DNA of 64,000 nucleotides, from contig NIVC01000019.1 of the NCBI GenBank assembly GCA_002269645.1, positions 1,178,001 to 1,242,000 of the forward strand, given 5' to 3'. Both the position numbers and the translations under genes were made by a program. Under the pieces are notes generated by a model. The model made no database searches and was not told the origin of the DNA. It worked only from the letters and a program-made list of their open reading frames with translations. This document shows positions 1-11,004 of this stretch, in pieces (position 1 is the first letter of the stretch; every line of letters begins with the position of its first letter). The DNA is from Macrostomum lignano. Its lineage: Eukaryota.

Positions 1-77
1 TTCTGAATGACTCAAATCCTTGAAAGATGATTCTGAATGACTCAAATCCCTGAAAGCTGATTCTGAATGCCTCAATT
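1..77. repeat. 30-bp tandem repeat (TTCTGAATGACTCAAATCCTTGAAAGATGA, about 2.5 copies) in the Rab intron; runs off the window edge
   Basis: Units start at 1, 31 and 61 with few substitutions. Confidence 0.85.
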
Positions 78-93
78 ATAAGTAATCACTGAC

Positions 94-378
94 CCGCCTA
101 GTAATATCGTAGGCTATGATGGCGGCGCTGGCCGATCGATAATAGGACTGAGTGATCGTTCGAAACCTTTCGTGACCGGCCGTGTCCCAGATCTGCAGCT
201 TGACGCGAACTCCATCAATCAGCAGCGTCTTCATAGCGAAGTCCACCCCAATTGTGCTGGCTTGGGTCTCGCAATAGTTGCCAGTTTTGAAGCACTGGAC
301 AATGCAGGATTTGCCAACGCTGGCGTCGCCAACAATTACCAGCTTGAACTGATAGTCGAACTGATCATCTGGCTGCAT
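94..378 (-). CDS. RAB43: Rab GTPase, Rab43/Rab19-like, first coding exon (gene continues beyond the left edge)
   Basis: G1 GDASVGKS, switch [32 protein letters not shown] and AYDITRR match the Rab43/Rab19 group. Donor CGG|GTCAGT at 94/93. Rab43 versus Rab19 cannot be resolved by eye. Confidence 0.85.
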
Positions 379-999
379 GCTTTATTAGTGACTGGGCTGC
401 AAGTTCAGCATAAGAGCAAGTATTGTTAAAGAGAAATTATTAACTTATATAAAAGTTCCAATTGTCCATTTGACCAAATTTTGCATTTTTAAAGATATCT
501 CACGATTTCTATATTCAAGCCTAGCATAGTAAGACATTTATAAGAAATATTGTTTAATAAAGTAGTGTTAGTTTTTAATAGTAAACTAAATTAAATGAAA
601 ATATAATAATGATACTTATTAAATTAATATTATTATGTGTTATATATAAGTCTTATTATAACATCTATCCAAAATATCTAATTCTCTGAAATAATGTAAA
701 AGGAAAAAAACATTTGTTGAAGGTCTAGGTCTCTAGCACCTAGACATCTAGGTTAGGTATGTTAATAAAGGTGGGTGCAGGTGGGACTAGTAGTAGAATA
801 GCACAGAAAATGACTCAAATGTGTGTTCATAATAAAATATATATGCAGCAGCAGGCAGAAGTAAGCCACTATGGCTGTGCTGCTATATGGCACTGTAAGG
901 TACATATTCAGTTATTATATCCTCAACCCACACCATGCCACCGTTAGACTTTGCTGTTGGATAAAAAATGTCACATGTAGGGAGGCTAGCTGCCCCTAT

Positions 1000-1250
1000 A
1001 CAACTGGCTTTTGTAGAACTAGTGGAGGGCTTGCCACCCCCCCATACCCCTGGCTTCCAAAAAGCTAGTGGGGGGCTTGCCACCCCTACACCCCTGGTTT
1101 CCAAAAGGCTAGTGGGGGGCTTGCCACCCCTACACCTCTGGTTTCCAAAAGGCTAGTGGGGGCTTGCTGCCTCCCCTACACCCCTGGCTAGTGGGGGGCT
1201 CACTACCACCATACCTGGCTTTTGTAAGGCTAGTGGGGTCCGCCGCCCCC
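1000..1250. repeat. GC-rich minisatellite, about 44-bp unit (CTAGTGGGGGGCTTGCCACCCCTACACCCCTGGTTTCCAAAAGG), 5-6 degenerate copies
   Basis: Repeated CTAGTGGGGG...CCACCCC units. Explains the overlapping low-complexity ORFs at 871-1391. Confidence 0.85.
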
Positions 1251-2420
1251 ATAACCCTCCCACTTTACACTCATCCCACATCCCTGCCTCTCCTTCCCTC
1301 AACTTTGTCCACCTATACAGTTTACACAGATCTAATTGTAGTAATGTTGAGGCAATTAGGCACAATATCTGCCACTGATATATATATGTAAAAGTATTTT
1401 ACAATAGCTATATGTATAATTGTAGCCACACTTTGACATTTAATGTTACTCTTAAAAAGCATTTTCAAACTATACTAACAAATGTTATGGCTGCTAGGTG
1501 CCAAATTATACATTTTACCTGTTACGACAGGTAATCAAACAGTAATTAAGACCTGTTAAGAACAATATATGACTTACTGTAAATTAATATGGCTGCCATG
1601 CAAGCAATTAAAACACTAGGTAGACAGCTGCCATGCATGCAAGCTCTTTAATATGAATAACCTAAAAATCCAATTAATTTTAGGCAATTTCTTAAAAGCT
1701 AAATAATTTGCTAATCCCAAGTATCTCAAGCCATTGCTTTTTTTCATTTCGAAGTTACAAACACCCTAATAAAAGAAAACAAAAAGAATTTATAATAAAT
1801 GTTGCTTCAAGAAAAGAAACCTAAAGAAAAAGTAAACTAAAAGAAAGATTAAAAACAGTTGCTTGAAAAAGGGAAAATGAAAAATGAAACTGATTGATCT
1901 AGTCTAGTATAATTTGTGTCTCTTTCTAATTACTTGACTTCTTATCTTTATATTATTCTATTAATTCTGATTGAATTGATACAAAAATATGGTCAATGCC
2001 CTAAACTCATGAATTGCTAAAGTGTGAGTTATAGTGTTGGCGATTGAGCTGCATGCAATGCAGCGAGAAATTACTTGAAAGAACAATCTTTTGATTGCCC
2101 AGTATAATAAAATGTAGTCAGAATCATTTAACTGCATAAATAAAGTTATGTGCTGGCCAGATTTATCTTTTAACTCATTTTAAATAACTTGAATAGTAAA
2201 TACAACATTATTTTCTTATAATTTTTTTAATTTGCAGTTATTCCAGAAGCTCTATAAATAAAATTTGGCAAATGTTATGCATTTTTTGCTTCAATCTAGG
2301 AAAATGTCCCTAAATGATTTTTCCTAGACTTTTAACTATATATGCCTAATAAAGCACAGTTAATGCTACAAAATACTGCAGTTTTGGCAAAATCATGTAG
2401 TTCATTTTCAAGAAATATAT

Positions 2421-2640
2421 TGTAGCAGCACCAAAGCATTCATCATTTATTCTAATTATTTCTTATTCTATATTCCAATCGCTTTAGTTCACCCATAGAC
2501 ACTTCTGTACTATGCGTTCGCCCCAGCGCTAAATAGCCCCCAACGCAATGACAAAATATACTAAAAACCTCCCGCTTTTGCTAGCTATCTTTGAAGTGCC
2601 ACATACACTCGTAAGCTTGTAGCGGTAACCTAACGCTACA
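2421..2640 (+). repeat. 5' LTR (220 bp)
   Basis: Matches 4911-5130 with 4 substitutions seen, all transitions. Confidence 0.95.
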
Positions 2641-2643
2641 AAT

Positions 2644-2659
2644 TGGTAGCAGAGCGTGG
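2644..2659 (+). promoter_or_regulatory. Primer-binding site, complementary to the initiator tRNA-Met 3' end
   Basis: TGGTAGCAGAGCGTGG, 3 nt after the LTR. TGGTAGCAGAG is the complement of the conserved iMet acceptor end CTCTGCTACCA. Confidence 0.85.
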
Positions 2660-2660
2660 T

Positions 2661-4710
2661 TTGTAATCCTCGACAAGAACACGAGCAACATCTGCAAGCC
2701 ATCCTTCAGCGTCTAACGGACAAAGGTCTGAGGGTTAACGCAGCAAAGTGTCAGTTCTTTCGAGACTCAGTGGAATTTCTGGGATACCTCGTATCAGCCG
2801 AGGGAATGAAGCCACTTCCCACTCGAGTGGAGGCCCTTCGCAAACTGCAGGCCCCGACCGATCAAAAGACGCTCCAGCACTATCTGGGAATGTTTGGTTT
2901 CTACCAATGTTGCATCCCCGCATATGCCCAAGTAGTACAGCCTCTTCGCCAACTTGTCAGTTCGAGTCAGTTTGTCTGGACGAACCAGCATGACGAAGCT
3001 TGGAAACTGCTTCAAAACAGCCTGGCTAAGGCCGTAACTTTAGCGTTCCCCGAACCTAGCGCAACGCTCACTATCACTACGGACGCAAGCTCAATGGCCT
3101 TAGGCGCAGCCCTACATCAAGTGGTAGATGACAAGTCTGCACCCCTAGCTTTTTACTCACGCAAACTGTCGGATACCGAGAGAGCCTACAGCACGTTCGA
3201 CAGAGAACTACTGGCTATTTTTGCCGCCGTCAAAACCTGGAAGCACATGGTCCAAGGTCGCCCTGTCACGGTGTTCTATGACCACAAGCCAATCATGGGA
3301 GCTTTCAAGAATCGGAAACAGCGTTTCTCTGACCGCCAACAGCGCCAACTTTCAGCGATAACTGAGTACATTCTCGACATTGTATACATCGCCGGTAAAG
3401 ACAACGTAGTAGCCGACGCACTATCTCGTCCAGAACTATCCTCAGTTACCCAGACCAACAACGTGCGACTCTTAGAAGATGTCCTAACAGCCGTTGACCT
3501 TCCGGCTATTGCAAGAGCTCAGAAAGATCTAACGCCTGAAGACACTCCGGCCGGCCAGTTCAAGCACTTTGACATCGGAATCCCAGAGTGCCCGCTTCGC
3601 TGCGAGACTTCACAAGCCAACCCATGCCCTGAAGTACCTGGACCGCTTCGCCGAAATGTGTTTGATTTGCTACACACTTTGGCGCACCCGGGAGTAAAAG
3701 CGACACAGAGGCTTGTTGGATACCGTTTTTTCTGGCCTAATATGTTCGCCGACATCAAGAAGTGGGTCACTGAATGAGAGCGCTGCCAGCAATGCAAAGT
3801 TAGCAAGCATATTCACCAGCCGCTCCACCAGTTACCAGTACCATCGCAACGATTCACGACGGTGCACATCGACCTAGTCGGACCATTGACGCCGCCCGAA
3901 TCCGACGCGGTTAGACCAAAACCCCGATACCTGCTGACCATGGAAGATTCATACACACGCTGGATCGAGGCTACTCCCGTCATGGACACCACGGCTGAGA
4001 CCGTCGCGCGGACTTTCCTAGCATCCTGGATTGCCCGCTTCGGACCACCGCTTACATTGATTAGCGACCAAGGGACGCAGTTCCGAGCCGAGCTCATGAA
4101 AAACCTGACGCAGCACCTGGGGATTCACCATATCCGAACTTCTTCATACAATCCGCGAGCCAACGGCATCGTCGAACGCACTCATAGAACGTTGAAGATG
4201 GGCCTAAAAGCACGCGGAAAATACTGGTTGAGCCAACTGCCTCTCGTTCTTCTTGGAATGCGTATCTTTGGGGACGAAACCGGATCATCACCTTTCTCAC
4301 TTGTTACTGGAGAGCAACCCATGGTTCCGCAAGTAGTGGCCGACACTTCGACTCTGACAGAGCTATCGACCAAGCTCCACCAAATGTTTTTCCCCTACCG
4401 CCTACCGCGAACTCATTCGGTCCCCACCCATATGCCGACCGCGCTGGACTCCTGCACACACGCGTGGCTACGGTTAGATTGCGTAAGGCGTCCGCTTGAA
4501 GCACCTTATCAAGGCCCATTCGCTGTTCTTAGCAGACATGAAACAACAATGACGCTAGAGATCAACGGCTGGCCCACCACAGTGTCAATCGACTGACTTA
4601 AACCAGCTACACTACCGCCACCACCACCGGAGACCCTTCTAGAGCCTACTGCTCCGCCTAATGATTCACCAGCCACTAATACTCGTTCAAGAAGTTCTTG
4701 CCATGTTTGA
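2661..4710 (+). pseudogene. Gypsy pol remnant (C-terminal RT, RNase H, HHCC zinc finger, DDE integrase, GPY/F) with two in-frame TGA stops
   Basis: FLGYLVSAEG, TTDASS, YSTFDRELLAI, HIDLVGP, SDQGTQF, NGIVERTHR, PYQGPF. Stops at 3775-3777 (WVTE*ERCQQC) and 4594-4596 (VSID*LKPA) lie in one continuous frame. Confidence 0.9.
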
Positions 4711-4892
4711 TTTGCCTCTCAGCTGTCGATAAAATACTTTACACCTTGATTCTACACTTCTTGACTTGACTTGATTCTACACTCCTTGATTACACTTGAC
4801 AATTTGATTCTAGAGAAGTAGCGCCATGAATCTGTTACCCCAAATTTCCCTCCTGTTAATTCGTTGTTTTAATCCTAGAAGTACTCCGTTAT

Positions 4893-4905
4893 GGGGAAGG
4901 GGGAG
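4893..4905 (+). promoter_or_regulatory. Polypurine tract
   Basis: GGGGAAGGGGGAG, 5 nt before the 3' LTR. Confidence 0.85.
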
Positions 4906-4910
4906 TATCT

Positions 4911-5130
4911 TGTAGCAGCACCAAAGCATTCATCATTTATTCTAATTATTTCTTATTTTATATTCTAATCGCTTTAGTTCACCCATAGACACTTCTGTAC
5001 TATGCGTTCACCCCAGCGCTAAATAGCCCCCAACGCAATGACAAAATATACTAAAAACCTCCCGCTTTTGCTAGCTATCTTTGAAGTGCCACATACACTC
5101 GTAAGCTTGTAACGGTAACCTAACGCTACA
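4911..5130 (+). repeat. 3' LTR (220 bp)
   Basis: Direct repeat of 2421-2640. Confidence 0.95.
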
Positions 5131-6930
5131 AATATATTTTTCAAAAAGCTCTCTGAATTAAAACAGCAAATATTATGCATTTTTTCAAATTAAATCCTCG
5201 AAAACTGTCCTTAAATGATTTTTCCCAGACCATTCACTATATATATCTAATAAAGCACATTTAATACTACAAAATACTGCAGTTTTGGCAAAATTATGTG
5301 GTTCATTCTCAGGAAATATCCATTTTCTTGGTAGTAAGAAATTTAGTCAAATTTTACTTTTTTCAGTCAATAACCCAATGACTCCGAATAGCATTGGATG
5401 CATTAGAATATAGAAAGTGTTACACATTGACACCTCACTTAAGGTCTAGCATTGCACTATTCCAAAATGGCAGCACAAAATCAAAATATTTTTGTAAATT
5501 TTATCATTCTGGAAAATTTATATAAACAACCTGGTTCAAAAACTATACTTCCAAAGTCTTAAATAATGCTGTAGCAAAGTCAATGTGTTCAGTTGGCACA
5601 ATATTGCTCTGTATGTTGAAGAAAGTCAAGTCCAAAAAAATTATATTTTTGACCTTTACTGTTGGTAAAATAACCTTTTTTTCGAAAAAAAGCACATTCT
5701 TTTATTTTGAGAGGCCATAAACATGTGCCAATATATTTGACAAGCCTAAACAACATATTTTCAAAGAGAAAATATCCAGATCTTTAAAATAAGCAAATTG
5801 TTTCAGCACATTTTATGCTGAAACTCGTACTACCTGATACGTCTAATATGCCTTAAAAGATGAAAATTATTTTCTTTGAAGTCACATGACCCACAAGAGA
5901 TGTACAAAAGCTCAATGTATAGCCAAGAACATACCCTCATAAAAAAGGCATCAAAAATGTAGTTCATTGACACTGAGCACACCTCTTATATTGCTCTATT
6001 AAAAAGCTATAGGCTATAATGTCAGTTGCAAATTCATACCCCACAGAATGTTGTAAAAGTACAAATCTATATTGTCAGAGACCCCAATTAAGTTAATTGA
6101 AAATCCAAGATAGCCATGGCGTGCAAATATTTGTTGCGCTTAAGGGCAGCATAGCCCCCCAAAGCCAAACTAAAAAATGTAAAAGTTCAAAGCATTTTTT
6201 TGTCACAAGCAATGTATAAAAATGGCCAAAATCACATTTTTTGACTTCAACTGTCTATGGCTTAAAGCCTGTGGCTCAGAGCCTCTCAAGATCTATTACA
6301 ATCTTGTAGCAAACATTGAGTTGAGTAATAATACTTAGCAAGCTGACACATAGATCTAAGCCAAGTAGTCTCTAAATTGGCTCAAATGCATTTATTGGCA
6401 ACATTTGAGTTTGAAGTACACATGTACTTTTACAGTTAGAATACACTTGGGAAATTGAGTTTATGCTCATTATTAAGCCTTGTGTCCTTGTCAAATGGAG
6501 GCAACTCAGAGGCTACACTGATGCATGGCCTCTGAGTTGCCTTGCGTTCAAGTTGAAAAAAGTGCACATTTTTCACTATTTGGAACAACAGTTTTTTTGC
6601 ACTTTTACCTGTCAAGATCAATATATAGAGAAAATTAACCAATCAAATATTTTAGACAATCAATGCCCCAACAGAATAGGTTAAGTCATTTTGCAGCACA
6701 ATAAAATGGTTCCTAATATTTTGAAATCAATTTTTTTGACAAAAAAACATTAATTTTAATTTTAAGTCAATAGGTCTAAATGTTTTACATCTTTTGCTGC
6801 AAACTGCTTCCACCTTATAGCTAAGTCAAGTAAGTCAAGTGCAAACCGCTTGTCCTTAGCATGTACCTTTTTTATTCTATATCAATTTTAATTTAAAAAT
6901 CATACATTTTGTATGGTGGGTATGCTCCCA

Positions 6931-7165
6931 CAACTTATCTCAGTCCACGCTTAACTGCTTGACTGCTTAACTGCTTGCACTCCAACCTAACTAGATATAG
7001 AAATGGATATAGATATGAATAAACTATATAATTATATATAAACTAGATATGAATAATATGAATCCCGCAACTTATCTCAGTCCACGCTTAACTGCTTGAC
7101 TGCTTAACTGCTTGCACTCTAACCTAACTAGATATAGAAATGGATATAGATATGAATAAACTACA
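6931..7165. repeat. Local direct repeat, about 95-bp unit at 137-bp spacing (second copy of the block at 16449-16683)
   Basis: CAACTTATCTCAGTCCACGCTTAACTGC... at 6931 and 7068. Confidence 0.85.
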
Positions 7166-7423
7166 TGAAAAATTTCAAGATATGGCTATAGATATGGATA
7201 TTGAAAAAGTTTGGTTATGAGAAAACTCTAACCAATGTAACTAACTAAGATTTATGGTTATAAAATTTTACAAAAATTTCCTATTGACACTAGAAAGCTA
7301 CAATAGTCTATGGCCAGAATGTTTGAAAAATTTTTGACTTAAAAAAGGTCTATGGTCTAGTCTGAACATTAATGATCTTTAACAAATTGATAAATCCTAT
7401 ATACTAAAAATGGTCTGTCTGTG

Positions 7424-7468
<45 letters not shown>
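7424..7468. repeat. (TATC)n microsatellite (copy at 16942-16986)
   Basis: About 11 TCTA units. Confidence 0.95.
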
Positions 7469-8054
7469 GTGATCGATTAGAGAAAAAATGGCTGGACTGA
7501 TTTTGTTCAAACTTGCACTGTTCGATCAGAAATTTTCCCGTGACTGTACATGCATTGCGGCTAAGAAATTGCTCGATGCTAAAGGCATTAAATATTCGAA
7601 AAACATGCTTTTTTGCAAAGGTCAAACAAACTTTTCGACTTGAAATGTATTGTAAGAATGCTAGAGAAAAAACTGACTGGTTGAATTCTGATTCTGAAAT
7701 AGATTGCATCATAACTGAATTGTAACTCCGACTTGAATTGAAAATGCAGTGTGGAAGCGTAGCACCAGACTTGATTTAGATTGCGTAACCATATTGTTAA
7801 CTAATACTGACTGACTGAGAAACTGATTATGTCATAACTGCTTCGTGTGATTTACTCTATGCTTGGATTTTAAACTGTTGAATTATATATATATATATAA
7901 GTGCAAAATTTGATGTTATCAAAACGATGAGAGCTAGCCTAGAGGTGAACAGACTGAACTGCTAAATGCAGCGACGATGGTTCGAATTTTCATAGAGTAT
8001 AATTTTTTTAATTAAAGCTTTTCAACGTCAGGAAAACTAAAAGACTTTTTAAAA

Positions 8055-9020
8055 AGAAGTGTCATGTAAAAATCATAGTAGCGTCATGTAAAAAATTGTA
8101 GAAGCGTCATATAAAAAATTATAGAAGCGTCATATAAAAATCATAGATGCGTCATTTAAAAAATCATAGAAGCATCATGTAAACAATCATAGAAGCGTCA
8201 TTTGAAAAATCATAGAAGCGTCATATAAAAATCATAGTAGCGTCATTTAAAAAATCATAGAAGCATCATGTAAACAATTATAAAAGCGTCATTTAAAAAA
8301 ATCATAGAAGCGTCATATAAAAATCATAGATGCGTCATTTAAAAAAATCATAGAAGCATCATGTAAACAATCATAGAAGCGTCATTTGAAAAATCATAGA
8401 AGCGTCATATAAAAATCATAGTAGCGTCATTTAAAAAATCATAGAAGCGTCATATAAAAATCATAGATGCGTCATTTAAAAAATCATAGAAGCATCATGT
8501 AAACAATCATAGAAGCGTCATGTAAAAAATCATAGAAGCGTCATGTAAACAATTATAGAAGTGTCATGTAAAAAATCATAGAAGCGTCATGTAAACAATC
8601 ATAGAAGCGTCATGTAAAAAATCGTAGAAGCGTCATTTAAAAATCATAGAAGCGTCATATAAAAATCATAGATGCGTCATGTAAGCAATCATAGAAGCGT
8701 CATGTAAACAATCATAGAAGCGTCATGTAAACAATCATAAAAGCGTCATGTAAGCAATCATAGAAGCATCATGTAAACAATCATAGAAGCGTCATGTAAA
8801 GAATCGTAGAAGCGTCATGAAAAAATCATAGAAGCGTCATGTAAACAATCACAGAAGCGTCATGTAAAAAATCATAGAAGCGTCATGTAAACAATCATAG
8901 AAGCGTCATGTAAACAATCATAGAAGCGTCATGTAAAAAAATCATAGTAGCATCATGTAAAGAATCGTAGAAGCATCATATAAAAATCATAGAAGCGTCA
9001 TTTAAAAAATCATAGAAAAT
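8055..9020. repeat. 22-23-bp minisatellite (AAAAATCATAGAAGCGTCATGT), about 40 units
   Basis: Continuous degenerate tandem units. Confidence 0.95.
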
Positions 9021-9863
9021 CATAAAAATCAAAAATTAAATGCAGCTATAATGCTGTGCTGGGGAGAAAAACTGAGACGTAAAGGCTCTCAGAGAATAAC
9101 TGCTGAGATTACGGGGGGGGGGTTTCTGAGATGTCAAAGCAAAAGTCAGAAGCTACTTCAAAGTTCATGTACTTTACTCAATTTTTTTATTGCATTCTTT
9201 GTTGGCTTGCCACGGGAGGCGCTGATAGAAGAAGAGTCATGTAAAAAATAAAAGTAGAACTACGAGTGTATGTACGAGCTATACATAAAAGAAAAGTCAT
9301 GTTCAAGTTAAAAGATTCATTTGGGAATTGCTATGATGTCAAAGCTTGGTGGAAATCGTTATAGTGCTTGATTCTTAAGGAAGGAATCACTAAAATGTCA
9401 AGGCTTAGGGGAGAAGAATTGCTGAGATTTCAAGGCTTTAGGTTGGGTTAAAGTTAGGTTTAGGTCAGGTGTGGGTTGAGGGTTATATTTTATCGGGTTT
9501 CAAGGTTAACAGAATAACAGGGGATTTTTTAGATTTCAAGGTTTATGCGGGCCATCGCTGACATGTTAAGGCTTACGGGGGGAATAGCTGAGATGTCAAG
9601 GCTCACGGGGTATAAATGAGATTTCAAGGCTAAAGTCAGAAGCTACATGTAGTTTATTGAAAACTTTTTATTACATTATTTGTTGGCTCGTCAGGGGAGG
9701 GATCGCTGATAAAAAAAGCGTAATGTAAAAAATAAAAGAAGCTTCATGTCGAAGTTAAGAGATTCATTTGGGAATCCCTACGATGTCGAGGCTTGCAGGG
9801 AATCGCTATAATGCTGTAGTAGTGCTATAATGACTCTTAGAGAGAATTACTGAAATTTCAATG

Positions 9864-9919
9864 TTAGGTTAGGGTTAGGGTTAGGGCTAGGGTTAGGGTT
9901 AGGGTTAGGCTAGGGTTAG
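9864..9919 (+). repeat. Interstitial telomere-like (TTAGGG)n tract (copy at 19382-19437)
   Basis: TTAGGTTAGGGTTAGGGTTAGGGCTAGGGTTAGGG..., about 9 units with variants. Confidence 0.75.
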
Positions 9920-10248
9920 AAGGTTGACAGATATTTTTAGATTTCCAAGGCTTATTGGGGGCATTGCTGAGATGTCAAGGGGGGAAGTTGATATGTTAAA
10001 GCTTGTGGGGGGGGAATTACTGACATGTCAAGGCTTACAAGGTTTGACAGGAGATTTTTTAAGATTTCAAGGATACATGTAGCTTATTAAAAAAACATGT
10101 ATTGCATTTATTTGGCTCCCCAACGGGGGCGTAGATTGCTAGTAACAAATAACTAAAAGTAAAGTCCTAAATTTAACAAGGCTATGCTGCATGCCATGCA
10201 TGGGACTTTAGAAGCCATATTTGAAACATATAAGGGGTGTCCCAGAAG

Positions 10249-11004
10249 TAGTATCACTTTTGCTTGCTTCTAAAACTATTAATATATGTTAAAAATCATT
10301 AGAGGTCGGATGGGATCCCGATCCCGATCCCAAAATCTCGGGATCCCGAGGAAAATTGAATTCCCGCGGGACCAGTCTCCCAACCCTAAAAAACTCGAGA
10401 TTCGGGAACAGGTCTTTTGATTAAAAATTTATAGAATTAGTGATTACTTGAAGGTATTTTGCTTTAACTTGTACTCGTTACATTATTTACTTTGTTGGTT
10501 ACAAAACTTCATATCAATTTTGTTGTGTTTTACTTCTTGATCTTTATAATCTTTTCTCAATTTTGTTTAACTTTATATGGACAATACACTAAAAGACCTG
10601 ATCCCGATTCCCGAATCCCGATCCCGATCCCACGAAAAAAATTATTCCAGATCCCGATCCCGCCCGAAGATTTCAATCCCGTCCGACCTCTAAAAATCAT
10701 ATGCCTTAAAAGTTAGTGACTTATTTTAGCTTTTATACTACGAAAGTCTGATTTTTATAAGTGCTTCCTACTATAAGCAGCATGCATTTGTTTGCATACC
10801 CTTAGCCATAGAAATACACATCATATAATGCTTCTATTCTCACTCAGAAAAGGGCCACAAGTACAGTTGATCAAGCACAGAGTTGCTGATCAAGCACAGA
10901 ATAGGATTTTTGTGGCATGAAAGCTAAAATAAGCTGCTAACTTTTAAGGCATATGATTTTTTGACACACATTAATATTTGCGGAAGCAAGCAAAATTGAC
11001 ACTA
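10249..11004. mobile_element. Foldback/MITE-like element with about 60-bp imperfect TIRs; left TIR interrupted by a hAT MITE (copy at 19769-20524)
   Basis: TAGTATCACTTTTGCTTGCTTC...AAAATCATATGCCTTAAAAGTTAG is the inverted match of CTAACTTTTAAGGCATATGATTTTT...GAAGCAAGCAAAATTGACACTA once the inner MITE is removed. Confidence 0.7.
10300..10692. mobile_element. hAT-type MITE (393 bp)
   Basis: TIR TAGAGGTCGGAYGGGAT / ATCCCGTCCGACCTCTA, exact 8-bp TSD AAAATCAT (10292-10299, 10693-10700), subterminal GATCCC repeats. Confidence 0.92.

Larger units (their letters stand above)
2421..5130 (+). mobile_element. Ty3/Gypsy (Mag-like) LTR retrotransposon, internally deleted, non-autonomous
   Basis: Two 220-bp LTRs (TGTAGC...GCTACA), PBS, PPT, and pol remnant in RT-thumb/RNaseH/integrase order. 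Flanking direct repeat AATATAT at 2414-2420 and 5131-5137 (or a 5-bp ATATA TSD if the LTR is one base longer each side). Confidence 0.95.

Noticed and set aside
8055-9020. CRISPR-like array (also the 23.7, 41.0 and 55.5 kb repeats)
   Set aside because: Head-to-tail minisatellites with no unique spacers and no cas genes, in a eukaryotic context.
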